Below, in pieces: positions 17,714 to 26,992 of a stretch of DNA of 64,000 bases. Where the stretch lies: IMG/VR virus record IMGVR_UViG_3300048998_000149, positions 1 to 64,000 of that record, one strand, 5' to 3'. Within the stretch, counting starts at the first letter, position 1. The number at the start of each line of letters is the position of its first letter. Under the pieces are notes generated by a model. It saw nothing but the letters and a program-made list of their open reading frames with translations. It searched no databases and was not told the DNA's origin. Position numbers and translations under genes: made by a program. This DNA comes from a virus (Duplodnaviria > Caudoviricetes).

Positions 17714-18816
17714 GCACTTCTGAGCCCTTCGCTGTGGAAGCGGACGAAGATGAGACCCCTTTTGCATTGGTGGGGGACTGGGTGCTACTTGCCCCGATTC
17801 CCGACCGAGCAGTCCGCGTGTACGCGCTGCTCCGAGCGCACGTGAACCACGCCAGGAAGGACAACGAGGCGTGGCCATCACAGGAGAAGCTGGCTGCGGC
17901 CCTCGGCTTAAGCAAGCCTGACGACATCGGCAAGTCGATCAAGATCCTGGAGGGGATCGGCGCCGTCCGCAAGAAGTACCGCACGGGCCGCAAGGGTCGG
18001 TACGCCGTGTACGTCGTTCGCCTCCACGCGCCCGCTGGCTACACCGGACTACGCAGCGCGGCGGATGACCTGCACCGTCCAGGCGCGATCGAGCAGCTCG
18101 TCGAGGAACGAGTGAAGCGGCTCCCGCACCGAACCCACGCTGCAATCGCAGCTGCCTCAACGGGGAACACCCCTGATTTGGGGTCACCCGTTAGGACCAC
18201 CCCAGATTTGGGGGCAACCCCAGATCGAGGGGTTGGGAACACCCCCAATCAGGGGTGGGAACCATATAAAGGGGAACCAGACGAAGGAGCTTTCAAGACA
18301 CACACCGCGCTGCCGCGCGGCGAGGTGTGTGACCCCGAACCTCCAGTCATCGAGTTCCCCGACGAGATAGCGGCCACCGACCCCGACGACGCCGCAGCAG
18401 AGTGGGGAACCCGACCGCGTGCCGCGCGTCGAAGTGCAACGCGGTGGAATGCCACCACTCACAGCCCGGCCGCTCGCCAGCTGATGGACGTCTACGTCAA
18501 GGACCACCGTGTCCCCGCCGACACCATGAAACGGCTGCTGCCGGTCGTGACGAAGCTGCTCAAGGAGGACATCCCCGGCGATGTCATTCTCCAGGCCATC
18601 CCGAAGTGCTTCGCCGAAAACTGTGGACCGGTGCTGCTCCCAGACTTCGTGGCCAAAGTGATGCACCAGAGAGACAGCTCCCTGGAACCCGAGCTGGGCA
18701 CCACCGGCCGCCGGCTCCAGGCAGCTGAACGACTCCGCGAGGAGATGCGCGCGGCCGACGCTGCCGAAGCGGCCGGTCGAATCAAGAACACCACCCCACG
18801 AGCAATCACAGGATGA
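17710..18816 (+). CDS. replication initiator protein (N-terminal wHTH, lambda O-like layout)
   Basis: AVRVYALL...AWPSQEKLAAALG; internal iterons. Confidence 0.8.
   Translation: MSTSEPFAVEADEDETPFALVGDWVLLAPIPDRAVRVYALLRAHVNHARKDNEAWPSQEKLAAALGLSKPDDIGKSIKILEGIGAVRKKYRTGRKGRYAVYVVRLHAPAGYTGLRSAADDLHRPGAIEQLVEERVKRLPHRTHAAIAAASTGNTPDLGSPVRTTPDLGATPDRGVGNTPNQGWEPYKGEPDEGAFKTHTALPRGEVCDPEPPVIEFPDEIAATDPDDAAAEWGTRPRAARRSATRWNATTHSPAARQLMDVYVKDHRVPADTMKRLLPVVTKLLKEDIPGDVILQAIPKCFAENCGPVLLPDFVAKVMHQRDSSLEPELGTTGRRLQAAERLREEMRAADAAEAAGRIKNTTPRAITG
18169..18270. repeat. four iteron-like 16-mers ACCCC-N6-GGGG followed by an AT-rich CATATAAA: probable origin of replication
   Basis: copies at 18169, 18199, 18217 and 18241 inside the initiator gene. 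Confidence 0.75.
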
Positions 18817-18825
18817 GGCACCACG

Positions 18826-19530
18826 ATGATCACGAATGAGGAAGCACTCACCCTTCTAGAACTGGCGCTGTGCGGTGACAACCGCACGATTGACAAGGCG
18901 AACGTGATGCTCTGGCGCGAAGTCGCCAAGCAGGGCGGCTGGAACCTCGAGCAGGGCATGCGCGCGGTGATCGAGCACCGCACCTACAAGCCCGGCGTGT
19001 ATCTCGAGCCTGGGCATGTCACTCAGCGGGTCGCCGAGGTCCGCAAGGACATCCGCACCCGCTGGTATGCACCGACGCCACCACTGGAACTGGCCGATGA
19101 TCCGTCGGCGGAGATCGCCTGGCGGCGCCGGGTTATCGCCGAGTTCGTCGAGCGCAACTTGTCCTTGTGGGCCCAGGGCGAACCGCTTGAGGATGCCCCG
19201 TTGCCGACCATTGAGAACGAGAAGCGCGGCGAGCTACCCACGGCTGGCCCGGGTGACTCGCAGGCCAAGCGGGAGGCGCTCGCTCAGCTCCGGCGGTTCA
19301 CTTGGCAAACCTCAATGCCGGAACGGGCGCGCACCGCCACGGAGCACGCCCTCGCAATCGCTGCTCGGGTAGGTCGATGGGAGGCCGTGGATGCGTGCGA
19401 GCTGTGCGACGAGGAAGGCGTTCGCCGCGGCGGCGAGGGCCAACTGATCACGTGCACGCATCCTTCTCTCCCGACCCCTCGCAGGGTCGCCTCTTCGGAG
19501 TCGGCGGAGGCGGTGGGCGGCGGTGGCTGA
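18826..19530 (+). CDS. putative helicase loader/inhibitor-like protein
   Basis: directly after the initiator; EA..LL....D.R.......W. Confidence 0.55.
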   Translation: MITNEEALTLLELALCGDNRTIDKANVMLWREVAKQGGWNLEQGMRAVIEHRTYKPGVYLEPGHVTQRVAEVRKDIRTRWYAPTPPLELADDPSAEIAWRRRVIAEFVERNLSLWAQGEPLEDAPLPTIENEKRGELPTAGPGDSQAKREALAQLRRFTWQTSMPERARTATEHALAIAARVGRWEAVDACELCDEEGVRRGGEGQLITCTHPSLPTPRRVASSESAEAVGGGG

Positions 19531-19777
19531 CTCGATCCCCTTCTCTCAGCGCGGCGAACGCGTCCTCTATCGCCAGGCTCGCGACGGGTTTATGCCAGCC
19601 GAGGCGCTGCCGCGGTATCTCAGGCATCGCCTCGTCAGGGAGCTGCACGCACTGGGGTGGACCGACAGTGAGGTCGCGGAGTGGACGGCGATGACTACCT
19701 ACACGGCGGCGCGTATCCGCTGGGACATTCTCACGCTGCCTCCGAACCGGCTCTGCGCGACGGAGTTGGCGGCCTGA
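19523..19777 (+). CDS. hypothetical protein (HTH-like)
   Basis: LH..GWTDSEVA. Confidence 0.65.
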   Translation: MADSIPFSQRGERVLYRQARDGFMPAEALPRYLRHRLVRELHALGWTDSEVAEWTAMTTYTAARIRWDILTLPPNRLCATELAA

Positions 19778-19896
19778 CACATTCATGATCGTTACGTTTC
19801 CCAGAGTTGAGCGTTCTAGGCTCAGGGATCTTGCGCTGTCTGGCTCAATCATGCGATCATTAAGGCGGCCCAGCGATACTGCCGGAGGAGGCAGAC

Positions 19897-20217
19897 GTGA
19901 CGAAAGCCGCCGAGAAGGACCTGACCGACCTCGGGTTATCCCCAGAGTTGTCCACAGAGGAACTGGCCGAGCTACGAGAACGAGCTCGGCAACGGCGTGC
20001 AGTGGTCGACGAGCCGTCAGGTCCGCCAGCGTTGCCGCAGCAGCGCAGCGCAGCCATGGAATGGGTGCGCCGCGAGTGCGGCTGGACAAGCCCCTCACGG
20101 TCACCGTTGTTGGCGAAGCCGTGCTCGCGGTGCGGCGCTGGGGTGTCGAGGTGGTGTCGAATTCGGGGCCGCGAATCTTCGGGGAAGGTTTGCGCCGAAC
20201 GGAGCCAAAACGACTAG
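19897..20217 (+). CDS. zinc-finger hypothetical protein
   Basis: GGAGG RBS; PCSRCGA....WC. Confidence 0.6.
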   Translation: MTKAAEKDLTDLGLSPELSTEELAELRERARQRRAVVDEPSGPPALPQQRSAAMEWVRRECGWTSPSRSPLLAKPCSRCGAGVSRWCRIRGRESSGKVCAERSQND

Positions 20218-20218
20218 A

Positions 20219-20235
20219 CCATACCTTGGGTATGG
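20219..20235. promoter_or_regulatory. palindromic operator CCATACC-TTG-GGTATGG
   Basis: perfect 7-3-7 inverted repeat, related to 14889-14903. Confidence 0.65.
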
Positions 20236-20341
20236 AGTATGGTGGGGCTCACAACAAATTAATCGGAGCCAACGTCGGGGGGACACCCCACCCCTGGCGA
20301 CCCAAAGGTCTCCGCCCCCACCCCGAGAGAGGCACCACCCT

Positions 20342-20920
20342 GTGTCAAGGCCGGCAGCACAGCCTACTCCGTCGCGACATGATCAAGAGCCGTTTCCTTC
20401 GTACGCCCACGGCAGGTCGCGCTACTACTACGACCAAGGCTGCCGCTGCTCGCTGTGCAGAAGGAAAGCCGCCAACTGCCAGGCCGGCGCCCGCACCAAA
20501 CGCCGCGCCGAACGTGTCCTCATCGACGGACGCATGATCCACCCCCGCCTCGCCCCAGTCGACACGGACGTACCGGCACGCCACGGCACCGTCTACGCCC
20601 GCTACGGCTACGGCTGCGAATGCGCCGACTGCCTACCCTGCGGGCGCTCACGTCCCGTGGCCAGCTTCGGCGGACTGCTCACCAGCGCCACATGGCACAT
20701 CAACAACCACCTCCTCGGACTCCTCGTCGTAGCCGCGATCATGTGGCTGCTGTTTCGCGCCTACTACGAACAGTGGGCCGCCCACCCAGCGGCGCGGCGG
20801 GCGATCCTGCTGCTGCTGGACGCCAGCGCAGCCGTCGTCATCTTCACGGCCATCTCCTTGGCCGTCGCATCCCTGGTCGCACAGCTGCGACCCCGCATTG
20901 AAAGGAGCACCACCGCGTGA
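20342..20920 (+). CDS. zinc-finger protein (two HG..Y..GC.C..C units) with C-terminal TM helices
   Basis: GTG after GAGGCACCAC. Confidence 0.65.
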   Translation: MSRPAAQPTPSRHDQEPFPSYAHGRSRYYYDQGCRCSLCRRKAANCQAGARTKRRAERVLIDGRMIHPRLAPVDTDVPARHGTVYARYGYGCECADCLPCGRSRPVASFGGLLTSATWHINNHLLGLLVVAAIMWLLFRAYYEQWAAHPAARRAILLLLDASAAVVIFTAISLAVASLVAQLRPRIERSTTA

Positions 20921-21132
20921 CGATCACGCCGATAGTCCTTCAGCCCCGCCTCTACGAGGCCGGCTACTGGCCCTGCGACCGCTGCGGCGAATCCCCTTGG
21001 CCGCAGCAAGTCAAACTGACCGAAGACGGCTACCGCTGCGAACCGTGCAGGGGAATCGTCCGGAACACCCTCGCAAGGCTCGCCCCCAAGGCAACCCCAC
21101 CAGTTCCCGCACATCGCCGCCCCGCTGCCTAA
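20917..21132 (+). CDS. small zinc-finger protein
   Basis: CDRC...CEPC. Confidence 0.6.
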   Translation: MTITPIVLQPRLYEAGYWPCDRCGESPWPQQVKLTEDGYRCEPCRGIVRNTLARLAPKATPPVPAHRRPAA

Positions 21133-21181
21133 CCACCCCACTGGCAGCACCAACTCCACCCCAACTCGAGAGGCACCACGC

Positions 21182-21526
21182 GTGAACGCCGAACACGTAG
21201 CCCTGCCGTTGCCAGCCGCGCTGGCTCGGCTCGCCGAAACATTCAGCCAAGCCGACGGTCTCCCGCCGATCGACCTGACCGTCACCACCAACGCCGCCGG
21301 TGAACCCCTCGTCATCGTCGAAACCCTCGACGCGTATGAGTGGGCCAACTTCTTGCGGCTGTACCCGCTGCCCAACACTGTCACTGGTGAAGTGCAGTTC
21401 CGGGGTGTGATCAACGGCGTCCAGTGGGCGGTCATGTACCTGCCGCAGCGGCCCGTCCCGTACACGCTGGTCGACTGGAACAGCCCCGCCCAGGCCACCC
21501 AGATGGTTCCAGTGGTGACCCAGTGA
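21182..21526 (+). CDS. hypothetical protein
   Basis: GAGGCACCAC start motif. Confidence 0.7.
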   Translation: MNAEHVALPLPAALARLAETFSQADGLPPIDLTVTTNAAGEPLVIVETLDAYEWANFLRLYPLPNTVTGEVQFRGVINGVQWAVMYLPQRPVPYTLVDWNSPAQATQMVPVVTQ

Positions 21527-22083
21527 CCGGCCGCCACCGCCCCGTCACTAGGGGCCGCCACCGCGCCTGCCGCCGACCCGTGTCCGCCTGGCCTCGCCTC
21601 GGATTCATCGGCGTCCTGGCCGCCTCCGCCGCTGTCGGACCGGCGCTGCTCGTCACCATCTACGCAGGCCCGACAGCTGACGCGTCGCCACCTGCGCTCA
21701 GCTCAGCCCTGACCGAGTCCGCCCCTGTGCAGGCCGCGCCGATCGACCTGTCGCAGCTGCCGGTCAACCCGCACGCCGTCTACACCAACCCGCCCCGCGT
21801 GGATCTGGCCGACATGGTCCAGCAGGTGCGCGAAGAGCTCGACCCCCAACACGACAGCAGCGACGGGGGAGGGAAGGGCGACTCTGGCGGGTCGAGCCAC
21901 GACACCACCAGTAGCAGCCACGACACGGACAGCCACGAAAGCAAGTACACCGACTCGGGCGACAGCACCACCAGCCCGAGCCACGGCCACCACGACCACA
22001 CCGGCACTGGTTCTGGTTCCAGTACTGGCACTGGTTCAGGCGATAACGGCAACGGTGGCAGCCCGCCACCTTCCTGCCACTAG
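21523..22083 (+). CDS. exported/membrane protein with GRHR N-terminus and S/D/G/H-rich tail
   Basis: GRHR..RGRHR, TM helix, low-complexity tail ending PSCH. Confidence 0.7.
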   Translation: MTGRHRPVTRGRHRACRRPVSAWPRLGFIGVLAASAAVGPALLVTIYAGPTADASPPALSSALTESAPVQAAPIDLSQLPVNPHAVYTNPPRVDLADMVQQVREELDPQHDSSDGGGKGDSGGSSHDTTSSSHDTDSHESKYTDSGDSTTSPSHGHHDHTGTGSGSSTGTGSGDNGNGGSPPPSCH

Positions 22084-22130
22084 TAGCACCACTACGGCGT
22101 CCACCCCCGCCAACCGATCAGAGGCACCAC

Positions 22131-22346
22131 ATGACCATTCCGACCGAACCCACCGCCGCGGCCACCGTCAACGAGCTCGTCAGCATGGCCGATCGACTGC
22201 GGCCCCTCTCCGACCCGTTCGCCGTCAAGGCTGCCCGCGACTGCTGGAACTGCGTCTCCGACCTCTGGCTCGGCTGCCACTGCGAAGAGGCCGCCCACAC
22301 CCTCGTGCTGTCCGCCGAGCACTGGCTGGAGAGGACAGCGGCATGA
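22131..22346 (+). CDS. hypothetical protein
   Basis: GAGGCACCAC-ATG. Confidence 0.65.
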   Translation: MTIPTEPTAAATVNELVSMADRLRPLSDPFAVKAARDCWNCVSDLWLGCHCEEAAHTLVLSAEHWLERTAA

Positions 22347-22606
22347 TCACAACCCTGGGCATCGGCATTGCCCTGCTACTCAGCGGCGCCGCCATCGTCT
22401 CCATCATCGTCATCGGGGCGTTCCTGCTGCTGGTGGTGATGCCACGCCTCCACAACCTGCCGGCACCCTTCGTGCCCGTGGCACGGGCGACCTACCTCGC
22501 CGAATGCGGCTGCACCGTCGAAGCCCTCACCCCCATTGATCTGGTCGAGGTCGCCGACGAGCACATCCACGAGTGCGGCATGGCCGCCCAGGAGAAGACG
22601 CCATGA
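22343..22606 (+). CDS. small membrane protein
   Basis: N-terminal TM helix; coupled. Confidence 0.55.
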   Translation: MITTLGIGIALLLSGAAIVSIIVIGAFLLLVVMPRLHNLPAPFVPVARATYLAECGCTVEALTPIDLVEVADEHIHECGMAAQEKTP

Positions 22607-22821
22607 GCCAGTCCGTCTCCCACATCGGCCACGACGCCGCCGACCAAACCCTCTACCTCGTCCAATACGAGGACGAGGAGCGGCGCCCCGCGACCCGCAT
22701 CGAAATCAGCACCGACAGCGCCGTCTACCTTCCCGGCGATGTCGACCCGGCGGCAGTCAAGGATCTGGTCAGGGCGATCCGCCGCTGCTTGGGATACGAA
22801 GTTGGACTGGCAGCAGCATGA
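22603..22821 (+). CDS. hypothetical protein
   Basis: ATGA coupling. Confidence 0.55.
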   Translation: MSQSVSHIGHDAADQTLYLVQYEDEERRPATRIEISTDSAVYLPGDVDPAAVKDLVRAIRRCLGYEVGLAAA

Positions 22822-22964
22822 TCAACCCAGCGTTCTCGGTGGCCCTGGTGGTCGTGCTCTGGGGGGCTGGCGCTCTAGGGGCGGCCACCATCGTCCGATG
22901 CGTGCTGCCCAGCATCCGTCAGCGCCCCAGGCCGGCACGTCGCCGCGAAACGGGACGTCGATGA
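22818..22964 (+). CDS. small membrane protein
   Basis: ATGA coupling; TM helix. Confidence 0.5.
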   Translation: MINPAFSVALVVVLWGAGALGAATIVRCVLPSIRQRPRPARRRETGRR

Positions 22965-23110
22965 ACACCCAGTCCCCCGAAGCGTGCGCCCTGGATTGCT
23001 GGTGCACCGACAAGACCTATGTGGTTGACCCCCGGTTCAAGGCGATGCGCTGGTCGCCAACGGATCCGGGCGAAGAGTTCCCCCGCTTCCTGCCAGAGGA
23101 AGCGGCATGA
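22961..23110 (+). CDS. small hypothetical protein
   Basis: ATGA coupling. Confidence 0.5.
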   Translation: MNTQSPEACALDCWCTDKTYVVDPRFKAMRWSPTDPGEEFPRFLPEEAA

Positions 23111-23295
23111 TCCCCCGCCCGCGACCCCGCCTGGACATCGGCGACGTCGTCACAATGGACGACGACTTCGGCAACCACTGGACCGCCGGACAGGTCACCG
23201 CGATCCGCCCCGAAGGGGTCTACGTCAGGTGGCCGGATGCCGTCATTGGAACCTTCGCCCACCGCCACGCCCATCGCTTGAAGAGGGCCGCCTGA
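23107..23295 (+). CDS. small SH3/KOW-like protein
   Basis: IGDVV...GQV......VYVRW. Confidence 0.55.
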   Translation: MIPRPRPRLDIGDVVTMDDDFGNHWTAGQVTAIRPEGVYVRWPDAVIGTFAHRHAHRLKRAA

Positions 23296-23525
23296 TGCCT
23301 GATGCCGTCGACCCGTTCGCCCCAGGCAACGGCCGCCCACTGGACGTGGTCGAGTGGGCCACCCCCCACGACCACGTCGCCACCCTCAACGTCGTCGCCC
23401 GCCACGCCAAGGACGCCGACGACCTGCGCGAGCTGGCCGAGATGCTCGGCTACGACACAAAGGCAATGCGGGAGCGATACCAGCAGGGACTAGAGCGGCG
23501 ACGCACATTCAGCAGCGCAACATGA
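23295..23525 (+). CDS. hypothetical protein
   Basis: A.DADDLREL.EMLG motif; TGATG coupling. Confidence 0.6.
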   Translation: MPDAVDPFAPGNGRPLDVVEWATPHDHVATLNVVARHAKDADDLRELAEMLGYDTKAMRERYQQGLERRRTFSSAT

Positions 23526-23535
23526 AGGACATGGG

Positions 23536-24009
23536 ATGAACTGGCCAGACTACGGAGATCCACGCCTCCCAGGGCGCTACTGGGACAAGGTGCATCTCGA
23601 CCTTGACACCGGCTGCTGGATATGGACCGGAAGCAGCTGCCGCAAGGGATACGGCCAGTGCAAGATCCAAGGGAAGACGCATGCGGCCCACAGGGTCGCC
23701 TTCCAGGCCCTGGTGGGAGATCCGATATCCAGCCGGCTACCTGGGGGCTGCAACGCACGCCTCTGTGTTAACCCAGCTCATCGACGCCTCCCGCATGGAG
23801 CGAAGCTCCGCGAACCCAGCAGCCCCTTCGAGTTCCCTGCCGAACCTCAGCCGCTCGCCGAGAGGCGCCGACTGAGCAGGGCATCGACCCGGTCCCGCAC
23901 ATTTGTGGCGTGCATGGTGTTAGCGGCGGTTCAGGCACAGGAGGCGCGGGTTGAGGCTGAGCGGCTGCGGATCTTGAAGGGCGCGAACCCTGCACTGATC
24001 GCAGCCTGA
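23536..24009 (+). CDS. HNH endonuclease (possibly degenerate)
   Basis: YWDKV...GCWIWTG...GYG...AHRVA...CVNPAH. Confidence 0.75.
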   Translation: MNWPDYGDPRLPGRYWDKVHLDLDTGCWIWTGSSCRKGYGQCKIQGKTHAAHRVAFQALVGDPISSRLPGGCNARLCVNPAHRRLPHGAKLREPSSPFEFPAEPQPLAERRRLSRASTRSRTFVACMVLAAVQAQEARVEAERLRILKGANPALIAA

Positions 24010-24012
24010 GTA

Positions 24013-24041
24013 TTGTGCTGCATCAGAGATAGGCGTATGAT
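24013..24041 (+). promoter_or_regulatory. sigmaA-type early promoter TTGTGC-N17-TATGAT
   Basis: 5-copy promoter family. Confidence 0.75.
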
Positions 24042-24108
24042 GTAACTCGACAGGCCAGGGAGACCACCCCCTCCTTGGGCCCGTACAACCCGTGAGAGGC
24101 ACCGTCTC

Positions 24109-24450
24109 ATGTCAGCCCTACCGCACCCGTACCTCACCTTCGACTTAGCGCATCTTGTCGCTGAGCACCTCCATCGCGAGGAGCATGTCGAACGCGAGTC
24201 CTACGAAGTTGACGCCCGCCACGAGTTCGCCCTGTGCGACTACTGCGAGGACGACCAGCACCCGGCAGTGTTGGGCTGGTGGTGGAACCGGCCTGGCGCC
24301 ACCACCGACGGCAGTGCCGAGACCTGCGCCAGCCACGACTGTGTCCAGGCCGTTCTCGCCGAGGCCCTGCAAGACTCCCAGCCCGAAGGCATCACCGTCG
24401 AACACCCCGTCCTCGCCGCGCCAGTGCACGAGGCGAGGCGAGCAGCGTGA
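24109..24450 (+). CDS. zinc-binding hypothetical protein
   Basis: CDYC...C...C; first gene after the promoter. Confidence 0.65.
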   Translation: MSALPHPYLTFDLAHLVAEHLHREEHVERESYEVDARHEFALCDYCEDDQHPAVLGWWWNRPGATTDGSAETCASHDCVQAVLAEALQDSQPEGITVEHPVLAAPVHEARRAA

Positions 24451-24788
24451 ACCTGCCGAACAAGACATTGCTCCTGGTCACCCGAGACGAAGACCTCCTC
24501 AGCGTCGTCCCCTGGATAAACGGGTCGGTCTATGCGGCAAGGGACTTCACCGAGGCTCGCCAGCTTTTGGATGAGCTCCGAGGATGGGCCGTATTGGCAA
24601 TCGGCCCCGACCAGCTTCTGCCCGCAGCCGTGTCGCCGTTCAACTACCCGTTTTGTGTCGCGTACACGGATCGGGCATTTCTGAACATGGCCCTGCTGGC
24701 CCACCTGCATCCGCAGGGGATCTACGAGCTGCCAGCCGAAATCGACTGGCTGCATGATCGGCTCGGGGTTTACGCGGCCCCGAGATGA
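24447..24788 (+). CDS. stand-alone Ssd (Rv3660c-like) N-terminal receiver-like domain
   Basis: LLLVTRDEDLL...W.VL.IG.D...LP...WL.DRL pattern. Confidence 0.5.
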   Translation: MNLPNKTLLLVTRDEDLLSVVPWINGSVYAARDFTEARQLLDELRGWAVLAIGPDQLLPAAVSPFNYPFCVAYTDRAFLNMALLAHLHPQGIYELPAEIDWLHDRLGVYAAPR

Positions 24789-24955
24789 GACCCCGGTGGC
24801 CGCCTCTGTGGTGGGAGGCGCCCACCGGTCCTGCGGGGCTCGAGCGCAGCTGGGGAGCGGCGCTCGCCTCACGGGAGCGGGCGCGATTTTTCATGGGGGG
24901 TCGCGCCCGCTCCCAACTCTCCCAACCCCCACACCCCGCCGAGGAAGGCACGGAA

Positions 24956-25213
24956 GTGACCACTCGCAACATCGCAGTCAGCGTCGACTCGCTACACACC
25001 AGCGACCTGGCGGCCCGCGACGACGACCCCCGCTGGACCGAAATCCACCGTGTCCTCAGCTGGAACCGCCTATCCAAATCTCGCGTCAACTGCCACGTGG
25101 CGTGCGGCGACGACTTCGAATCTCTGGACGTCCCGGTGACCTTGTCCTCCGGGGAGATCACGGGGGCTCTCTGCCCTCGATGCTTCGGATACCTGCCATG
25201 GGCGGCGGTCTGA
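24956..25213 (+). CDS. zinc-finger hypothetical protein
   Basis: H...ACG...CPRC. Confidence 0.55.
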   Translation: MTTRNIAVSVDSLHTSDLAARDDDPRWTEIHRVLSWNRLSKSRVNCHVACGDDFESLDVPVTLSSGEITGALCPRCFGYLPWAAV

Positions 25214-25257
25214 CCGCCTGAACTGCCCCGCCTACCACCACCCCGAGAGGCACCGCG

Positions 25258-25413
25258 ATGGAAATCCCCGAACCTGTGCACCTGTGCATCCCCCCAGCCC
25301 GAGCCGACCTCACCGACTTCTGGCGCTGCGACTGCGGCGCCGAGTGGCTGTACGTGCACTACCTCCAGGCGCGCATACCGGACTGGGTGCGAATCAACGG
25401 TCGTGCCGCATGA
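25258..25413 (+). CDS. small zinc-finger protein (51 aa)
   Basis: GAGGCACCG-ATG; H.C...WRCDCG.EW. Confidence 0.6.
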   Translation: MEIPEPVHLCIPPARADLTDFWRCDCGAEWLYVHYLQARIPDWVRINGRAA

Positions 25414-25649
25414 ACCAGTACGCGGAGATCGCGAAGCTGCGGGCGACGATCGCCCAGCTGCGCGGCCAGCTCCGCCAGGAACGGCGACTCCTAGTGCGAC
25501 TCGTCCGCCTCCTGAAGATCGTCAGCATCGGGCTTTCGGAGCCCGACCACCTCGCCGAATTCGACATCCTCCTCGCCCACGCGACCGACGTGCTCGAACT
25601 GGGCCGTGAACAGGAACGTGCCGCCATAAACGGAAGGTGCCCGCGATGA
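25410..25649 (+). CDS. hypothetical protein
   Basis: ATGA coupling. Confidence 0.55.
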   Translation: MNQYAEIAKLRATIAQLRGQLRQERRLLVRLVRLLKIVSIGLSEPDHLAEFDILLAHATDVLELGREQERAAINGRCPR

Positions 25650-25801
25650 ACCTCTGGATGTGGATCGCCCTGATCGGGGCGGCTTGGATCGTCCTGTCTT
25701 TCCCCGTGGCGTTCCTGTGCGCCGCAGTACTCGCCTATCGCAACAGGCAGCGGCCGTCCGTGTCGCCGCAGCTCACTCTCATCGGAGGGGGCCGGCGATG
25801 A
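25646..25801 (+). CDS. small membrane protein
   Basis: ATGA overlaps at both ends; TM helix. Confidence 0.5.
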   Translation: MNLWMWIALIGAAWIVLSFPVAFLCAAVLAYRNRQRPSVSPQLTLIGGGRR

Positions 25802-26241
25802 GCGACGCCGCACGAATGATCGAGGAATTCCACCGCGCTGTCGGCCTAGAACCTGGCCACGCCCTCGACGGCTCCAAGAACCTGTTCCGCTCAAAACTCC
25901 ACCAGGAGGAGAACCGGGAACTGCTCGTCGAGCTGTACGCCCACAACCTGGCCGGCATCGCTAAAGAATTGGCCGACGTGCTCTACATCGCCTACGGCAC
26001 CGCCTACTTCCTCGGCATCGACATCGACGCGGTCCTCGACGCCGTCCACCAGTCAAATATGACCAAGGCCGATCCGGCGACCGGCAAGTTCCGGCAGGAC
26101 GAGTTCGGGAAGGTGATGAAGGGCCCGAACTACGCGGAGCCGGACATCGCCGCTGTCCTGGCAGCCGAGCCTGGCTGGTCCAGCCCTGACACGGTGTGCG
26201 GCGTGCGCCTCTCACCCACACCACGAGGAGGCCGCAAGTGA
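25798..26241 (+). CDS. MazG-like nucleoside triphosphate pyrophosphohydrolase
   Basis: EE..EL...ELADVLY..YG...VHQSNMTK...GKV.KGP.Y..PDI. Confidence 0.88.
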   Translation: MSDAARMIEEFHRAVGLEPGHALDGSKNLFRSKLHQEENRELLVELYAHNLAGIAKELADVLYIAYGTAYFLGIDIDAVLDAVHQSNMTKADPATGKFRQDEFGKVMKGPNYAEPDIAAVLAAEPGWSSPDTVCGVRLSPTPRGGRK

Positions 26242-26381
26242 GCGAGCAGCAGCCGGTGCGGCCAGTCGAAAACGGCGAGCGGGTTATCGGGTCGCTGAAC
26301 ATCGACGGCTTTTTCGAGCGTATCGCCACCATGGTGGAGAACGCCGAGACGATCGAGCAGGCCGGAGAGCCCCGTGATTGA
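26238..26381 (+). CDS. small hypothetical protein
   Basis: GTGA coupling. Confidence 0.5.
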   Translation: MSEQQPVRPVENGERVIGSLNIDGFFERIATMVENAETIEQAGEPRD

Positions 26382-26613
26382 GATCGTCGTTCGGGATGAC
26401 CGCGACATCGAGCGGCGCCGTTTCTACCCTGTCGTGGCCTTTTGCCTCGCCCTGCTCGTATGCGTGGCCATCGCGGTCGGGTGGATCGCGCTGGCCGGTG
26501 CCGTGGTGCTGGTTCCGTACCTGCTGTTGGAGGTGGTCCGGATTGAGCGGATCGGGCCGCCGCCGTTGGTCACCCCGGAGGACTGCGGGCTAGTCGCTGG
26601 TGGTGCCGAGTGA
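26374..26613 (+). CDS. small membrane protein
   Basis: long hydrophobic stretch. Confidence 0.55.
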   Translation: MIEIVVRDDRDIERRRFYPVVAFCLALLVCVAIAVGWIALAGAVVLVPYLLLEVVRIERIGPPPLVTPEDCGLVAGGAE

Positions 26614-26807
26614 AGACGGAGCACGCCACGGAAACCAACCCGGCGATGGTCGTCTACCAGGCCATCACGTCCGTCCTGTTGGAGGTGGAACGCATCCGCG
26701 CGACATCGCTGTGCGCGGCGCTGCTCGCCGACGAACTACTTGAACGCGGCTGCGAGATCGCAGGTGTACGCCGCATCGACATCGAACCAGACAGGGCAGC
26801 GTCATGA
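26610..26807 (+). CDS. hypothetical protein
   Basis: coupled ORF. Confidence 0.55.
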   Translation: MKTEHATETNPAMVVYQAITSVLLEVERIRATSLCAALLADELLERGCEIAGVRRIDIEPDRAAS

Positions 26808-26992
26808 GCGCATTCCGCAAGTCCAGCTACAGCGGAAACGGTGGCTGCGTAGAGGTCGCTATCAGCAAGTCCGAGGTGCGGGTTCGGGACTCGAAAGATC
26901 CCGACGGCCCTGGTCTGCGGTTCAACCACCGTGAGTGGGCTGCGTTCTTGTCAGGCGTCCGCCGCGGCGAGTTCGGCGAGGTGGCGCGGTGA
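26804..26992 (+). CDS. DUF397 (BldB-like) protein
   Basis: FRKSSYS....CVEVA....VRVRDSKDP.GP.L.F...EW.AFL.GVR.GEF. Confidence 0.92.
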   Translation: MSAFRKSSYSGNGGCVEVAISKSEVRVRDSKDPDGPGLRFNHREWAAFLSGVRRGEFGEVAR

